Positions 35,623 to 45,042 of a stretch of 53,434 nucleotides of DNA are shown piece by piece. Source of the stretch: a virus. Taxonomy: Duplodnaviria; Caudoviricetes. The position numbers were made by a program, and so were the translations under genes. The stretch's first letter is position 1. Each line of letters begins with the position of its first letter. Location of the stretch: the IMG/VR virus record IMGVR_UViG_3300046658_000024, positions 1-53,434 of that record. One strand, given 5' to 3'. A model generated the notes under the pieces. The model had not been told where the DNA came from, made no database searches, and worked only from the letters and a program-made list of their open reading frames with translations.

Positions 35623-35832
35623 ATGGCGAAGAAGCCCCGCACCCCCGTTGAGCAGGTCAACGCTTTGGGCGCGAAGTGGTCTCCCGACCTGGACAGTTAC
35701 GCCAGCGGCGAGATGCCGGCCAGCGCCATCCGGTGTGCGCTGTGCGCTAACGCCCCGTGCCAGTGCCCGGAGTTCGGTACTCCCGAATACTTCGCGCTGA
35801 TGGAGCGTCGGCACGGAAAGGGTCGGAAGTAG
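35623..35832 (+). CDS. Hypothetical Cys-cluster protein
   Basis: 69 aa; CALCANAPCQC. Confidence 0.7.
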   Translation: MAKKPRTPVEQVNALGAKWSPDLDSYASGEMPASAIRCALCANAPCQCPEFGTPEYFALMERRHGKGRK

Positions 35833-35874
35833 TCGCCGATTTCAACAACGTGGTAAATGAAGGGGGTGAATATC

Positions 35875-36027
35875 ATGAAGCGGCGCATGCGCGACCAGTA
35901 CACCATTACCTGGGACGATGGCACTAGCGAAACCGGGCTTGACGAGGTTTTCACTGCTTACGCCAGTTGGGTCAAGAGGAACGAAGTTGCCAAGGTCACC
36001 ACCCGGCGCGTTCTGGTCCTCGGTTAG
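35875..36027 (+). CDS. 50-aa hypothetical protein
   Basis: SD GGGGGTG; MKRRMRDQYTITWDDG. Confidence 0.55.
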   Translation: MKRRMRDQYTITWDDGTSETGLDEVFTAYASWVKRNEVAKVTTRRVLVLG

Positions 36028-36057
36028 CCGAATCGGCATTGCGAGAGAAGGAAACCA

Positions 36058-36201
36058 ATGAGCATGAAGTCTGATATTCGAGACATGAATATCGCTATCG
36101 GGAAAGGGCAGACCACCGAGTCAAAAGCGGTGGCCACGTTGATGGACAGATACCAGCTGACCAAGGAGGGTGCCAGGGACCTGCTCGATGGCGGCGTGTG
36201 A
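36058..36201 (+). CDS. 47-aa hypothetical protein
   Basis: SD AAGGA; MSMKSDIRDMN. Confidence 0.55.
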   Translation: MSMKSDIRDMNIAIGKGQTTESKAVATLMDRYQLTKEGARDLLDGGV

Positions 36202-36220
36202 CCCACCCAACCCCCAACCT

Positions 36221-36257
36221 AAACCACCCCGGCCTCAGTGAGGTCCGGGGTGGTTTC
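36221..36257 (+). terminator. Intrinsic terminator
   Basis: AAACCACCCCGG / CCGGGGTGGTTT 12-bp stem. Confidence 0.8.
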
Positions 36258-36324
36258 GTCTTCATGTGTCCCGCCCGGTAACGCAGGGGCGTACCCTGGC
36301 GGTCTCTGTGACACGACGAAGGAC

Positions 36325-37542
36325 ATGACCATGATAGACGACCCCTCTGCCAGTGACGGCCGCCGAATCCGCGCGATCCGCAAGCGGGCAGACTTGAACC
36401 AGAAGGAACTCGCCGCCCGCGTCGGCAAGACACAGAGCTGGGTCTCGCAGGTCGAACACGACATCATCCCCGTCGACAGCATCAGCCTGTTGAACGAGCT
36501 CGCCAAGGCCCTACGCGTCCACCCGAACGAGATCGTGGGCAAGCCATACCGCGGCGACAACCCGAACTCGGACGCCGGCCACCAGGCGATCCCGGAGATT
36601 CGGCGGCAGGTAGAACGCTACGATCTGCCGCCCGCGTGGGACGGGCCGATCTCGCCCCTACCGGTGCTTCAGGGAAAGGTTTCCGCACTGGCTCATCTTG
36701 GTCTCCAGGCCCGCTACACGGCAGCCGCGCAACAGGCTCCCCCGCTACTGGCTGAGCTTCAGGCCGCGACCTACATCCACACCGGTACGCAACGCGAGCA
36801 GGCTTGCCAACTGCTGGCCGACGCCTACCGCGAGGTATATGCCCTGGTACAGGCGCTGGGCTACGGGGACCTCGCCGGGCTCGTGACCCGCAATGTGCGC
36901 TGGTTCGCGGGCCAGTCTGGTGACCCGCTCATGGTGGCCGCCGGAGGATTCCTCCGCACTCGCGACCTGTGGAGCTCGGCCAGCTGGGGTGACGCGCTGC
37001 TGGTGACCGATCGCACGCTGGCCGATATCGGCGACCTGAACACCCCGGACGCGCTTGAGGTTCAGACGTTCGGCCACCTGGCCGCTGCCGTCACCGCAGC
37101 GCGGGCAGCCAATGAAGCCGAGGCATGGGAGCGCCACACCCGGGCCGTCGAGACCATCAAGCTCCTGCCGCCTGAAAGGCCAGCAGTGGACCGGTACCGG
37201 TTCAGCTCCAACGGTGCCAACGTTGCGATTCATGGCGTCGCTGTGGCCGTGGAGCTCCGCAACGGTCAGAAGGCGATTGAGCTGGGAGCCGACCTGCATC
37301 TCCCGGACGATATGCCGCCCTACCGGGTGGGTCACCACTACATGGACATGGCCCGCGGGTGGCTCTGGTACGGCGACCGGGAGAAGGCTCTGAGGTCCAT
37401 GGAGCAGGCATACAGGGCTGCGCCGATGATGATCCGGCATCACCCCATGGCCCGAAGGTGTGTGCGTCAGCTCCGCGAGGCTCCGGGCCGGACCTATCAG
37501 GAGCGGCTACGGCGGCTTTGCGTACGCATGCAAGTTTTGTGA
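36325..37542 (+). CDS. XRE-family regulator with long helical C-terminal domain
   Basis: LNQKELAARVGKTQSWVSQVE HTH; ANVAIHGVAVAVEL, HHYMDMAR, APMMIRHHP typical of actinomycete XRE proteins. Confidence 0.9.
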   Translation: MTMIDDPSASDGRRIRAIRKRADLNQKELAARVGKTQSWVSQVEHDIIPVDSISLLNELAKALRVHPNEIVGKPYRGDNPNSDAGHQAIPEIRRQVERYDLPPAWDGPISPLPVLQGKVSALAHLGLQARYTAAAQQAPPLLAELQAATYIHTGTQREQACQLLADAYREVYALVQALGYGDLAGLVTRNVRWFAGQSGDPLMVAAGGFLRTRDLWSSASWGDALLVTDRTLADIGDLNTPDALEVQTFGHLAAAVTAARAANEAEAWERHTRAVETIKLLPPERPAVDRYRFSSNGANVAIHGVAVAVELRNGQKAIELGADLHLPDDMPPYRVGHHYMDMARGWLWYGDREKALRSMEQAYRAAPMMIRHHPMARRCVRQLREAPGRTYQERLRRLCVRMQVL

Positions 37543-37617
37543 CCCGATCGGGTGATGCTCGTCAGATATCAGCACGGCTGATATTCGGTGGCCGGATCAG
37601 TCCTACTGTCCTCACGC

Positions 37618-37797
37618 ATGGACCCCATCGCCGTCATCGACCCAGAGTGCGCAACCTGCCACGGAACTGGCTACGTGCTTGGCACCAGCAACCGGTGTAC
37701 CCCATGCTCGCTGCAACCGTCACTGCCGACCGCTGAGGGCCTGTCGCCAGCGGAACTCCTGGCCGCCGAGCCTGAGTCCTCATGGGCATCGCCGTGA
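37618..37797 (+). CDS. Small zinc-finger protein
   Basis: CATCHGTG..CTPC. Confidence 0.55.
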   Translation: MDPIAVIDPECATCHGTGYVLGTSNRCTPCSLQPSLPTAEGLSPAELLAAEPESSWASP

Positions 37798-37922
37798 CGG
37801 GAGACCAGCAACCTCGCCGTGGTGGCCAACGTGTACACCGCAACCCGAACTTGAGGCGGCGCCTAGTCACTGTTCTACTCATCGGTGCGCTAGTGGCGGG
37901 TATCTGCGGTTCGGTGCTTTGA
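37782..37922 (+). CDS. Small C-terminal TM protein
   Basis: RRRLVTVLLIGALVAGICGSVL. Confidence 0.45.
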   Translation: MGIAVTGDQQPRRGGQRVHRNPNLRRRLVTVLLIGALVAGICGSVL

Positions 37923-38040
37923 CCTAGGGCTGGGATCTTTTGAACCGGCGGGACCGTCGTCGCAGGTGAGCAGCCGGCGGCGGTCCCGTCTTTCATCGGC
38001 CGGGCGAGGGAGGTCCTCTCAACTCTCTCGCCCGGTCTCA

Positions 38041-38118
38041 CCACGACATCCTTCATATGTGTTAGCGAACGGTTGTGATGTCACGCCTTACACTAAGGAC
38101 GTATGAAGGATGCCGTGG
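38041..38118. other. attP candidate for the serine integrase
   Basis: Imperfect palindrome centred on TG 38079-38080: inner GTGA/TCAC and outer CCACGACATCCTTCATA / TATGAAGGATGCCGTGG share the same axis. Confidence 0.7.
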
Positions 38119-39539
38119 AGCGAGACGCTGTCTACGCGAGGATCTCAGACGACCGCGATGGCGAACAGCTGGGTGTCGAGCGCCAACTGAAGGCTGGCCG
38201 CGAGCTAGTTGCCCAGCGCGGCGGCAAGCTGGTCATGGAGCGAGCAGACAACGACATCACAGCCCTGACGGGCAAACCCCGGCCCGGCTACCAGGACATC
38301 ATGCGTGCCGCCGAAGCCGGCGATATCACCCACATTGTGGTGTTCCACACTTCCCGACTGTGGCGTAACCGTACAGAACGCGCCGAGGGCATTGACTTGC
38401 TTCGCAAAGCGGGCGTCTCTGTTGTTGCAGTGAAAGGGCCGGCTTTGGATATGTCTACTGCCGCCGGCCGCGGTATGGCTGGCCTGCTCGGCGAGTTCGA
38501 CACCATGGAATCCGAGATCAAGAGTGAACGAATCAGGCTCAAGGCAGCCGAACTGGCCATGAATGGGAAAATTGCAAACGGTGGTCCGAGACCGTTCGGC
38601 TACCGCCGGGTCTACGCCGGGGAGGGACCTCGCCGCAAAATCCTGCGAGACGAGGTCAACGAGACTGAGGCTGCCCTCATCCGGGAATGGGCAAAACGCG
38701 CCCTGGCTGGAGAACCGCTGCGTAGCATCTTGCGGGACATCAACGATCGCGGCATCCGAACCAGTATGGGCAACAAGTGGTCACAGCAGGGACTGCGGTA
38801 CATGCTGATCTCTGGACGCATCGCAGGACTGAAGGAGCACAAGGGCGTTGTGGTTGGCCCGGCCGTGTGGCCCGCCATCGTCGACCGTGAGACACACGAG
38901 CAGCTACGAGCACTGTTGACTGCCGCTGGCCGCCGTACCGGTGGGGTGCAGCCCCGTAAGTACTACCTAACTGGGTGGGTGTGGTGCACATGCGACACCC
39001 GTATGAGGGCTGGCCGCTTTGGAAGCAGTGGCAGGGTGAAATACGTATGCGCGCCCAAGGTTGAGGGTGGGTGTGGTGCCCGCCTTGTCGACATGGTCTA
39101 CCTCGAACAGATGGTCGACGCCTATGTCATAGGGCGGCTGTCGGACCCAGCGACGTTGCGTGAGCTGGCCGCCCGCGAGGATACGACAGACGCTAGAAGC
39201 AAGGAGATCGCGGAGTGCGTTGAAGCGGATGAGCGTCGCCTGGTGTTGCTTGAGACTGCCATGACGGATGGCGATGAGGATGAGCTCATCGAGGTAGTTA
39301 AGTCGGTCAGGGTGGTGCGTCAGCGAATCCGCGTGAATCGTGGGCAGTTGGCTCAGTTAGCTGGTGCGCCACGAGATCTTTGGGATGACGTGGCTCAGGT
39401 TGCTGATCGCTGGCCTGCGGCTGGGATTGACCGCAAGCAGGCACTACTAGCCCTTGTGGTGTCACGGATTGTGATCAAACCAGCAGTGCGGGGGCTTGGT
39501 CGTTTTGACCCACGACGGGTCGAGATCATCCCGCGCTGA
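38103..39539 (+). CDS. int: Large serine recombinase (phage integrase)
   Basis: YARIS catalytic Ser, RPGY, SRLWRN, RPFGY recombinase domain, zinc ribbon CTC..YVC..CG, coiled coil. Confidence 0.95.
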   Translation: MKDAVERDAVYARISDDRDGEQLGVERQLKAGRELVAQRGGKLVMERADNDITALTGKPRPGYQDIMRAAEAGDITHIVVFHTSRLWRNRTERAEGIDLLRKAGVSVVAVKGPALDMSTAAGRGMAGLLGEFDTMESEIKSERIRLKAAELAMNGKIANGGPRPFGYRRVYAGEGPRRKILRDEVNETEAALIREWAKRALAGEPLRSILRDINDRGIRTSMGNKWSQQGLRYMLISGRIAGLKEHKGVVVGPAVWPAIVDRETHEQLRALLTAAGRRTGGVQPRKYYLTGWVWCTCDTRMRAGRFGSSGRVKYVCAPKVEGGCGARLVDMVYLEQMVDAYVIGRLSDPATLRELAAREDTTDARSKEIAECVEADERRLVLLETAMTDGDEDELIEVVKSVRVVRQRIRVNRGQLAQLAGAPRDLWDDVAQVADRWPAAGIDRKQALLALVVSRIVIKPAVRGLGRFDPRRVEIIPR

Positions 39540-39544
39540 AAATG

Positions 39545-39599
39545 AAAAACAGCGGGGGGGGGGGGGGGGCTTCTTCCTGGCCTCCTCCCCCACGCCCCG
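39545..39599 (-). terminator. Terminator-like hairpin containing a 16-nt G/C homopolymer
   Basis: G16 at 39554-39569; on the minus strand a G-rich arm can pair with C16, followed by TTTTT. Confidence 0.45.
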
Positions 39600-39611
39600 T
39601 GTAACAGATAG

Positions 39612-39818
39612 TCACAGTGCCTGTCGGGAGTGGGCCAGGACGTCCCGCTCCTGTTTGACACCTTCCGCGAACCCGTTGTCCCAAATTTCGCCGTCGTGCT
39701 CCCCGCTGCGTTTGACGCAGGTTCGCGCGGATGACGCTGCCGATGCTGCGGATGCTCCAGCGACAACAGCGATAGCTGCTGCTGCGACAGCCGCACTAAT
39801 AATGATCATGATTGCCAT
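39612..39818 (-). CDS. Small secreted/membrane protein
   Basis: Hydrophobic Ala-rich N-terminus; downstream of the repressor. Confidence 0.55.
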   Translation of the reverse strand: MAIMIIISAAVAAAAIAVVAGASAASAASSARTCVKRSGEHDGEIWDNGFAEGVKQERDVLAHSRQAL

Positions 39819-40025
39819 GTTGCCCGATGGTGCACTCTTCTGGGGTTGATGCGCTTCACTCACTCCACTACACCTCTCCCAAGCTCACCGCTAGACCGAT
39901 TTCACTCCTCTGAGCTACAAACAGAGTATGTTGCGCAGACAACACGACCGGTACCCAATCGGGTTAGATGGCACACTCCGGGAGTAACGGAAAGGCGTTG
40001 CCGATCAGTTCGGTAGCGTTGCTGA

Positions 40026-40532
40026 TCAGTTCGGGTCGGACTCGGGCTCTCGCAGCGCGGCGGCCATCCGCCGGAACTCCTCAATCTCCGCCTGGCGCCG
40101 CTCCCGGAACTCCCTGATCGTCCTTTCGCGGCGTTCTAGGAGGATTTTCTTTACAGGTTCCTGTATGTCCATTTCGAGAATCTCTTGCAGGAGTTCGTCG
40201 ACGGGCTCTGCGGGGGGTAGCGGGGGTCGATCTTCGTGGGCCAGTGGCACGAGATGTCCGAAGCCGAACCGGCGGAGCAGGGCGCCCCGATCTTCACCGA
40301 AGATGTCAGCAACGAGCGCGACACCTTCAGGGTCGGGGCGTTGGTCCTTGTTCAGCCATGTGCTGACTCGTGATGCGGTGATGGCTCCACCGCTGCGCTC
40401 GACGATCCACTGCTGCCTACGTCCAGCGAGCTTCTCCCGGAGCCAAGCTGACCAGGACTGCCCGGACTGGTCATCGTTCTGACGTTCAGCCACACGCTGA
40501 TCGTCGCTTAAAAAGTTCGATGTATCAAACAA
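40026..40532 (-). CDS. Immunity repressor (CI-like HTH)
   Basis: QQWIVERSGGAITASRVSTWL..QRPD HTH; divergent from cro-like gene; true start may be GTG 40493. Confidence 0.75.
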   Translation of the reverse strand: MFDTSNFLSDDQRVAERQNDDQSGQSWSAWLREKLAGRRQQWIVERSGGAITASRVSTWLNKDQRPDPEGVALVADIFGEDRGALLRRFGFGHLVPLAHEDRPPLPPAEPVDELLQEILEMDIQEPVKKILLERRERTIREFRERRQAEIEEFRRMAAALREPESDPN

Positions 40533-40609
40533 AATTGCACCTCACCCGATGAGTTGACCCAACCCCCTTGTGTTCGATGGATCGAAGGTATAGTTTAGAT
40601 CCATCGAAC
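40515..40609. promoter_or_regulatory. Lysis/lysogeny switch with three 16-bp operators
   Basis: GTTCGATGTATCAAAC (40515), GTTCGATGGATCGAAG (40572), TTTAGATCCATCGAAC (40594); TTGTGT-17-TAGTTT overlaps them. Confidence 0.8.
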
Positions 40610-40627
40610 CACACACCTGGAGGGCCA

Positions 40628-40894
40628 GTGTCAACAACGATCCGGCTCCGTAAGGATCGCCTCCTTGAGACGGCCAAGATCCATGGTTGGACCAAGCTGG
40701 ACGGCGAGATCATCAACGCCCGTCGGATGGCGGATGACATCAACCTCTCGCACTCCAGCGTCACGCACATCATGAGGGACCTCCTGCCTGTGAGCTGGGG
40801 ATTCGTCGGTCGAATCCTGGCCGCAACGGGCTGCAAGTTCAACCAACTGTTCGAGATCGTGGACGAAGACGATGACGCGCAGGTGGCGTCATGA
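40628..40894 (+). CDS. Cro-like HTH protein
   Basis: GTG with SD GGAGG; RRMADDINLSHSSVTHI, QLFEIV. Confidence 0.8.
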   Translation: MSTTIRLRKDRLLETAKIHGWTKLDGEIINARRMADDINLSHSSVTHIMRDLLPVSWGFVGRILAATGCKFNQLFEIVDEDDDAQVAS

Positions 40895-41250
40895 CAAATC
40901 GTGACGAACATGCCCAAAAGGGTAACCCAACCGTCGGTAATGCGCCGGTCACTGTCGGGGAACCGACAGCCGTCCCGACCGTCGAGGACTACGTAGCCGA
41001 GCTGATCGCCCAGCACAACCGGACCCGCCCGATCGATGACGAGACTCGTCGGCAGGCCGTGTCGATCCTGGCCACCATCCCCATGATCCGCGACACCGGG
41101 ACGTCCATTCCCCCCGCACCCGGTGTCGCGCTCAATGCCTCTCCTGTCCCCACCGGGGAGGCCCCGGTCCGGCCGGTTCAGAGCGACCCCATCCCGCTCC
41201 CGGCCGGGCCGGCACCAGACGCACCACAGCAAAACCGGAAGTCCGCGTAA
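40891..41250 (+). CDS. Hypothetical Pro-rich protein
   Basis: 119 aa; ATGA coupled. Confidence 0.6.
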   Translation: MTNRDEHAQKGNPTVGNAPVTVGEPTAVPTVEDYVAELIAQHNRTRPIDDETRRQAVSILATIPMIRDTGTSIPPAPGVALNASPVPTGEAPVRPVQSDPIPLPAGPAPDAPQQNRKSA

Positions 41251-41327
41251 TGGGCGCGGCCGGCACCCGGGCAAACGGGGGCCGGCCACTTGCCCCCCAC
41301 CTAACACCTAGAGACAGGTGAGGAACC

Positions 41328-41690
41328 GTGAACAAGGTACCGAACCAACGCCGGTCCGGACTGTTCGACCACATCCGGGCCCACCAGATCCAGCCCGGGA
41401 CCGTCGTGTCCGTCCCCGGCGCCGACGACCAGAGGATCCGCACATACAACGGCGGCGGCGAGTCTCCGTGGGACGGTCACACCAAGGCCGTCATCGTCGT
41501 GGACCACGTCGAGATCCGCGAGCACACCTGCGGCGCCGATGTCCGCTTGGTCGGTCACCGCCCGGACGGCACCGACGTGGACCTGTGGGTGTGGGCAGCC
41601 TCCCCTGTCCGTGTGATGACCCCAACGGCAGCCTGGGTCGTCCTCGCCACCTGGAACGCTCAGCCCGCGACGCAGGTCGAGGGGCGGTGA
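41328..41690 (+). CDS. Hypothetical protein
   Basis: 120 aa; SD GAGG. Confidence 0.7.
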   Translation: MNKVPNQRRSGLFDHIRAHQIQPGTVVSVPGADDQRIRTYNGGGESPWDGHTKAVIVVDHVEIREHTCGADVRLVGHRPDGTDVDLWVWAASPVRVMTPTAAWVVLATWNAQPATQVEGR

Positions 41691-41980
41691 CTTCGGTGAG
41701 CTTGCATCTTCCCGCCGCCGACATCGACCGGAACACGGTCCGTCACATCCACCCCGCCGACATCCACCCCCACGCCCACCTGCTGGCCGTGGACCTGCCG
41801 GACGAGCGCCACACCCACCTGGACTACCCCGACGGCCCCGACGTTTGGGCTATCCAAATCATTCCGGCCCGTCACGTGGTCGTTGTGGCCCTGCTGCGGG
41901 TCTCCGGGGAGCGTGCCCGCGAGCTGCCCGAGGACGCCTGGGTGGACGTGTACCGACCGGACCGTGGGGCGGTGGCGTGA
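41687..41980 (+). CDS. Hypothetical protein
   Basis: GTGA coupled; 97 aa. Confidence 0.65.
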   Translation: MTSVSLHLPAADIDRNTVRHIHPADIHPHAHLLAVDLPDERHTHLDYPDGPDVWAIQIIPARHVVVVALLRVSGERARELPEDAWVDVYRPDRGAVA

Positions 41981-42132
41981 TGGCCAACAACTGCGCCAAC
42001 AACTGCCAGTGCCTGGCGTGTATCGCCGAGAAGCGGCCGGGTGACTTCCCGGCCGCGGTGAAGGCAGAGCGGAAGAAGTACGACACCAACGCCGACCAGA
42101 GCTCGTGGACCCTACGGGGAGGCCGGTCATGA
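41980..42132 (+). CDS. 50-aa hypothetical protein
   Basis: TGATG coupled; CQCLAC. Confidence 0.6.
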   Translation: MANNCANNCQCLACIAEKRPGDFPAAVKAERKKYDTNADQSSWTLRGGRS

Positions 42133-42365
42133 GGCCCACCCCGCCGGTTGAGCCCGGCAGTGAGCGCCCATTCAAGCCGACCCGCCATTCCCACCGGCTC
42201 TCAGCCGCGCTCGTTGCAGCCGGCGCCGTGATAGTCGGCGCATCCCTCTATTGGGCGCACCACGACGCAGACCATCTCGCCATTGCCGTGGGCATCGGCT
42301 GGACCGGTTTGGCGCTGATCGCGTCCGGGCTGATCACGTTCGGCCAGAAAGGCGGGCGGTCATGA
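42129..42365 (+). CDS. Small two-TM membrane protein
   Basis: ATGA coupled; hydrophobic. Confidence 0.65.
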   Translation: MRPTPPVEPGSERPFKPTRHSHRLSAALVAAGAVIVGASLYWAHHDADHLAIAVGIGWTGLALIASGLITFGQKGGRS

Positions 42366-42736
42366 CCATCACATCCTGGACGGACAGCAAGGGTGGCCAG
42401 CACGTCATGACCGGAAAGGCTGGTATCGCCGACCTGACTGATGACGGACTGACCCGGCTGGCCCGCACATATCGCCACGCCATTGAGGACGGCGGCAGCG
42501 CCAAAATGTATGGCCGTCTGCTGGAAGTCATCCGCAGGCAGCGACTCTCTCGGATGCGTCTGAAGATGCGGTACGGGGCCGTTGATAACCATGCCGGTAC
42601 CGATTCCTACGACCGTTGGTACCGGCTGGATGAGCCACCTACCTACCGGCTGGCCGCCGTCATGGACCACCAGCGATTCCTACTCGGTCAGCGTCACGTT
42701 CTGGCCTGGACCACCGAGGCGGGTGAGTCCTCGTGA
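42362..42736 (+). CDS. Hypothetical protein
   Basis: ATGA coupled; 124 aa. Confidence 0.65.
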   Translation: MTITSWTDSKGGQHVMTGKAGIADLTDDGLTRLARTYRHAIEDGGSAKMYGRLLEVIRRQRLSRMRLKMRYGAVDNHAGTDSYDRWYRLDEPPTYRLAAVMDHQRFLLGQRHVLAWTTEAGESS

Positions 42737-42954
42737 TCCTCACCGATCTCGCGGCCATCCAGAACGAGCAAGAGCGCGACGTGGTCCGTGACGCTGCCGA
42801 CACCATACGGGCCGCACATGGTCCTGAGAGCCCGCAGCACGCGTTCTGGGACAGCGCGGCCTACTGGCTGGACCTGGACGCTCGGCTGTACGACAGGCCC
42901 TCCAGGTACGCCCTGGCTATCGCCCGAACCGTCAACACTGGGGGTGCGGCATGA
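42733..42954 (+). CDS. Hypothetical protein
   Basis: GTGA coupled; 73 aa. Confidence 0.65.
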   Translation: MILTDLAAIQNEQERDVVRDAADTIRAAHGPESPQHAFWDSAAYWLDLDARLYDRPSRYALAIARTVNTGGAA

Positions 42955-43457
42955 GTGCCGCCATATTCGCGGCCTCGTTCGCCGCTCTCTACGCCGGCCA
43001 CATGGTCGGGGACCATTGGATCCAGACCGGCTGGCAGGCCGCCAATAAGGGACGTCACGACCACACCGGCCGCCTCGCGTGCGCCGCGCACGTGGCCACC
43101 TATACCGCCACGCAGGCCGTGTTCCTGGCCTCGGTCGCGTTGGCCATTGATGTTCACGTCGCCTCGCCTTGGCTGCTGGTTGGGCTGTCTGTCTCGGCGG
43201 TGACGCACTACTGGGCAGACCGCCGGTTCACCCTCGCCCGGCTGGCTGGGCGTCTCGGCAAGGCCGACTTCTACCGGCTCGGTCAGCCACGCAAGCACAA
43301 GATCGGTCAGACGGCTGACGACTTCCCGGACGCGCCATACGAGCTCAAGGCACTCGACAACCCGTGCCTAGGTACTGGCGCCTACGCCCTGAATCAGTCA
43401 TTCCACATCGGGTGGCTTTTCGTGGCCGCTCTGATCATCGCGGGCGGTGCGGCATGA
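42951..43457 (+). CDS. DUF3307-like membrane protein
   Basis: HMVGDHWIQT, HVATY, THYWADRR, NQSFH. Confidence 0.8.
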   Translation: MSAAIFAASFAALYAGHMVGDHWIQTGWQAANKGRHDHTGRLACAAHVATYTATQAVFLASVALAIDVHVASPWLLVGLSVSAVTHYWADRRFTLARLAGRLGKADFYRLGQPRKHKIGQTADDFPDAPYELKALDNPCLGTGAYALNQSFHIGWLFVAALIIAGGAA

Positions 43458-43786
43458 GTCCCGTCGACGCCCTGGCCAGTGGTCTGCCTGACCGCCGGCC
43501 TCGTATCCAGCTGGACTCCGAGCAGACCGCTGACCTAGTTGTCCAGATCGCCCGGCTCATGGCTGAGATCGACTCGGACAACGATGCGATCCTGCCCGGT
43601 CGACGCTCCCTGACGGCGTTCAGAGACCTCGCCACCGCGCTGTTCGCGGCCAAGCATGAGGACGGCCTCGCAGTCCAGGAGCGTGCCGCCGATGACGCTG
43701 CGGACCACCTCGCGGACATCATGCGGGAACTGTCCGACATGCCGCTCACCGTGCTCGACACGACACGCATGGAGGTGGCGGCGTAA
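43454..43786 (+). CDS. Hypothetical protein
   Basis: ATGA coupled; 110 aa. Confidence 0.65.
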   Translation: MSPVDALASGLPDRRPRIQLDSEQTADLVVQIARLMAEIDSDNDAILPGRRSLTAFRDLATALFAAKHEDGLAVQERAADDAADHLADIMRELSDMPLTVLDTTRMEVAA

Positions 43787-44058
43787 TGGACCCGTTCTGG
43801 ACGTACGTCCTCGTCTTCCTCGGCTTCTTGTTCATCTCGTCTTGCATCATCCGTGGCGCCTTTTGGCTGCTGGATCGGCAAGAGGAGCGGTTCCGGAAGC
43901 AAGCGGCCCGACCGAACTACATCACCATCCCGCTGCGCGACAGGACCGTCCCCGGGGTGCGACCACTGCCCGAACTCACAGCCCAAGAAATCCGCGAACT
44001 CCACGACGCACGCCGGGCTATCACCGGCGAATCCACAGGGGGAATCCGAAATGGCTGA
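43786..44058 (+). CDS. Small membrane protein
   Basis: N-terminal TM; TAATG coupled. Confidence 0.65.
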   Translation: MDPFWTYVLVFLGFLFISSCIIRGAFWLLDRQEERFRKQAARPNYITIPLRDRTVPGVRPLPELTAQEIRELHDARRAITGESTGGIRNG

Positions 44059-44506
44059 TCGACTTACCGACCAGGAACTAAACGAAATCCGCGACGCACT
44101 CCCGCCCGAGGGCCCCTGGGTCAACATCGGCAGCAGCGTCAATGTCCCGTTCCGCCGCGACACCGACGCGCCGCCCACCGGGTGGGACTCCGGCCGATAC
44201 CTGACGGTCGAGGAAAACGAATGGCATGACGACGGCGATCTGCCACGAGAGGTCTGGGAGTTCATTGCCCGCTCGCCACGTGACGTCCGCGCACTGCTGG
44301 CCCACATCGAGGCCCTGACCGCCGAACGGGACACTGCGCTCCGGTTCGCGCTCTCCCGCGGCAGCGTCTTCAGGATCAACAACGACGACGCCCCGTGGGA
44401 CGAGCAGCAGCGCTACGTGCGGCTTATGCAGGCCGAGGCGGCTGTCCGGCCGGGTGGAGACCAGCACCTGGACTACCTGCTCAACCGCGACGGCGGTGAG
44501 TCATGA
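44051..44506 (+). CDS. Hypothetical phage early protein (Ead-like motif)
   Basis: LTDQELNEIR..GPW, EFIARSPRDVRALLAHIEAL. Confidence 0.7.
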   Translation: MADRLTDQELNEIRDALPPEGPWVNIGSSVNVPFRRDTDAPPTGWDSGRYLTVEENEWHDDGDLPREVWEFIARSPRDVRALLAHIEALTAERDTALRFALSRGSVFRINNDDAPWDEQQRYVRLMQAEAAVRPGGDQHLDYLLNRDGGES

Positions 44507-45042
44507 CCGCCAACCCCGTGACGCCGCCCTGGTCGGGTGACACCACCCCCGGCCAGGGCCCGGCAGCAACGCCGAAGCGGCGCAACAAGTCCAAGGCCAT
44601 CGGCACCAGCGTCGAGTCCGCCGTAGTGCGCTACCTCCAGGACAACGGCTGGCCATCAGCCGAACGCCGCTCGCTCAAGGGCATCCAGGACCAGGGGGAC
44701 GTCACGGGAACTCCCGGCATTTGCTGGGAGATCAAAGGCGGCCACGCAGCCGAAAACGCCTCGGACGGGCAAATAACCGCGTGGCTGGACGAGACAGAAC
44801 GGGAGCGGGTCAACGCCCGCGCCGGCATCGGGATCCTGGTCGTCAAGCGCAAGGGTGTCTCCGCAGCGAACTCCGGACGCTGGTGGGCAATCCTGCGGAT
44901 CTGGCAGCTCTCTGAGCTGTACCGCAATGCTGGTCCGCTCGGACAGGCCGATGGATTCGCACCAGTCCGGCTCCACCTCGCGGACGCTGTGACCCTGTTG
45001 CGGGCCGCCGGATACGGGGACCAGCTCGGGGGTGCGGCATGA
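44503..45042 (+). CDS. Holliday junction resolvase (PD-(D/E)xK)
   Basis: SKAIGT..E, AERR, DQGDV, WEIK. Confidence 0.85.
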   Translation: MTANPVTPPWSGDTTPGQGPAATPKRRNKSKAIGTSVESAVVRYLQDNGWPSAERRSLKGIQDQGDVTGTPGICWEIKGGHAAENASDGQITAWLDETERERVNARAGIGILVVKRKGVSAANSGRWWAILRIWQLSELYRNAGPLGQADGFAPVRLHLADAVTLLRAAGYGDQLGGAA

